The notes beneath the pieces were generated by a model. It had not been told where the DNA came from and made no database searches. It saw only the letters and a program-made list of their open reading frames with translations. DNA of 64,000 bases from Pseudovirgaria hyperparasitica (taxonomy: Eukaryota): NCBI GenBank assembly GCA_010093815.1, contig ML996577.1. One strand, written 5' to 3'. Shown here piece by piece: positions 62,974 through 64,000 of the stretch. Position 1 is the stretch's first letter, and every line of letters starts with the position of its first letter. Both the position numbers and the translations under genes were made by a program.

Positions 62974-63948
62974 CTATCCATCCTTTCCATTCTCCTTTAT
63001 ACCCAACCCCAACCCCAATCCAGAACCCAACCCGGACCCAAAAAGCCCACTCCGTCTCCGCCGCAACATCATGCCCCGCGTGCCCGAAATGTCCAACTGC
63101 ATCATCTTCATGTTCCCAATGTGCTGCTGCTGCTGCTGTTGCGGCCCCCCAGACTGCTGCGATACACTGCCCCGCCGACTATGCGGTCTGCTACCTGGTC
63201 TGCTACCTGGTCGAGAGGAGGAGGCAGCTGCGGATTTACTTTTCGGTGGTTTCTTGGCGTCTGCCAGGATGGCTGCTGCTTCGACGTTCGTGTCTGCGTC
63301 ACCATTGTCTATTACGTCTGCATGGCTTGGGTCCGGGGTGTCGTGGAACAGGCGTTTGTACCGCAGCTCGGCTGCCGATGGGCTTGCGCACGGTGGGGGT
63401 GTTATCGGTGTGTGGAGCTGGTTCTGATTCTGATGAGAATGTAGATGTGTGGAACTGGCTTTTGTCATGGCGAGCGGACTTCCGAGGCCAAATGACGAGC
63501 GCGACGGTGGGAGCAGCGGGGTTGTGGGCTGGCTGGCAGAGGGGAAGAGGTGGCGGCTGCGACTCGATGACGATGATGGTGGTGGTGGTGGCCAGAGATG
63601 TGTGTCGTTGTGGTGGTGGTGGAGAGGAGAGGCGGGAGGCGATTCTGTCGACGAGGATTCGGAGTCGGGCATCTCGTCGTCGTCGTAATCGTCGTAGTCG
63701 TCGAATGGCGAGGGTCCGGTATCGTCGTCGTCATCGTGTGATGAGGAAACGAGTCCATCCTCCGGGCTACTTGGCTGCAGATGGAAGCTCCTGCGAGACG
63801 GCGAGAGTCGTCGGATTGATTGGTTGGCGCGGTTTCTTCGCAGTCCAGGTGCTGCCGGCTCGGCGAGATGGGGGACTTTGGCTGTGGACAGCGTCGTCAA
63901 AGGTGCTAACGCGTCAGGCCCAGCAGGCGTTACGATGACCGGCAACAT
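62974..63948 (-). CDS. Hypothetical low-complexity protein; may extend beyond the window
   Basis: 324-aa ORF with D/S/P/H/Q runs and SRPG repeats; no recognisable domain. Confidence 0.45.
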   Translation of the reverse strand: MLPVIVTPAGPDALAPLTTLSTAKVPHLAEPAAPGLRRNRANQSIRRLSPSRRSFHLQPSSPEDGLVSSSHDDDDDTGPSPFDDYDDYDDDEMPDSESSSTESPPASPLHHHHNDTHLWPPPPPSSSSSRSRHLFPSASQPTTPLLPPSRSSFGLGSPLAMTKASSTHLHSHQNQNQLHTPITPPPCASPSAAELRYKRLFHDTPDPSHADVIDNGDADTNVEAAAILADAKKPPKSKSAAASSSRPGSRPGSRPHSRRGSVSQQSGGPQQQQQQHIGNMKMMQLDISGTRGMMLRRRRSGLFGSGLGSGLGLGLGIKENGKDG

Positions 63949-64000
63949 ACGCCTCTTGATCTCGCGTTTGTGTATATGGCTACTAGAACTCTGCAGCGCC

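Noticed and set aside
62807..63938. 354-aa and 206-aa plus-strand ORFs
   Set aside because: Antisense to the more protein-like minus-strand ORF; poly-C/V/R runs derive from trinucleotide repeats
1..64000. Transposable elements, RIP-degraded AT-rich blocks, or cryptic PTS1 via TGA-CTA readthrough
   Set aside because: No transposase/RT motifs, LTR/TIR pairs or AT-rich islands seen; the stop contexts I checked lack the TGA CTA readthrough motif

Overview
Gene-dense 64 kb of a filamentous ascomycete genome with short GT-AG introns and CTRAY branch sites. The opsin closely resembles Leptosphaeria rhodopsin, which suggests a Dothideomycete. Recognisable genes: tRNA-Ser(AGA), ASA1, two Zn2Cys6 transcription factors, VPS15/ALG2 (divergent pair), complex I ESSS/NDUFB11 subunit, a Cys-rich single-pass membrane protein, an alpha/beta hydrolase, a fatty-acid hydroxylase/sterol desaturase, RPL6/RPN13 (divergent pair), a 10-exon agmatinase, a cytochrome-b5-like heme/steroid-binding protein, an MDR oxidoreductase, PPT1/PP5, a 4CL-like acyl-CoA ligase and an SDR (divergent pair), an RTA1-like protein, a ZIP zinc transporter and a DTD-type rhodopsin. 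I could not support any transposon, rRNA or CRISPR array. Best leads: (1) three enzymes ending in PTS1-type signals (SKL, ARL, HKL) around a Zn2Cys6 factor with CCTCGG sites, a candidate peroxisomal acyl-CoA pathway; (2) a set of orphan 'MC-x-Y-x-C' Cys/His microproteins, one joinable in frame to a 12-aa repeat protein by an intron whose acceptor is the upstream stop codon; (3) an orphan with a possible OTU/papain-like Cys-His dyad; (4) recurrent C-rich to G-rich skew flips that shape protein tails; (5) a possible GUG start and a probable GC-AG intron. All exon boundaries were read by eye and no database searches were run.
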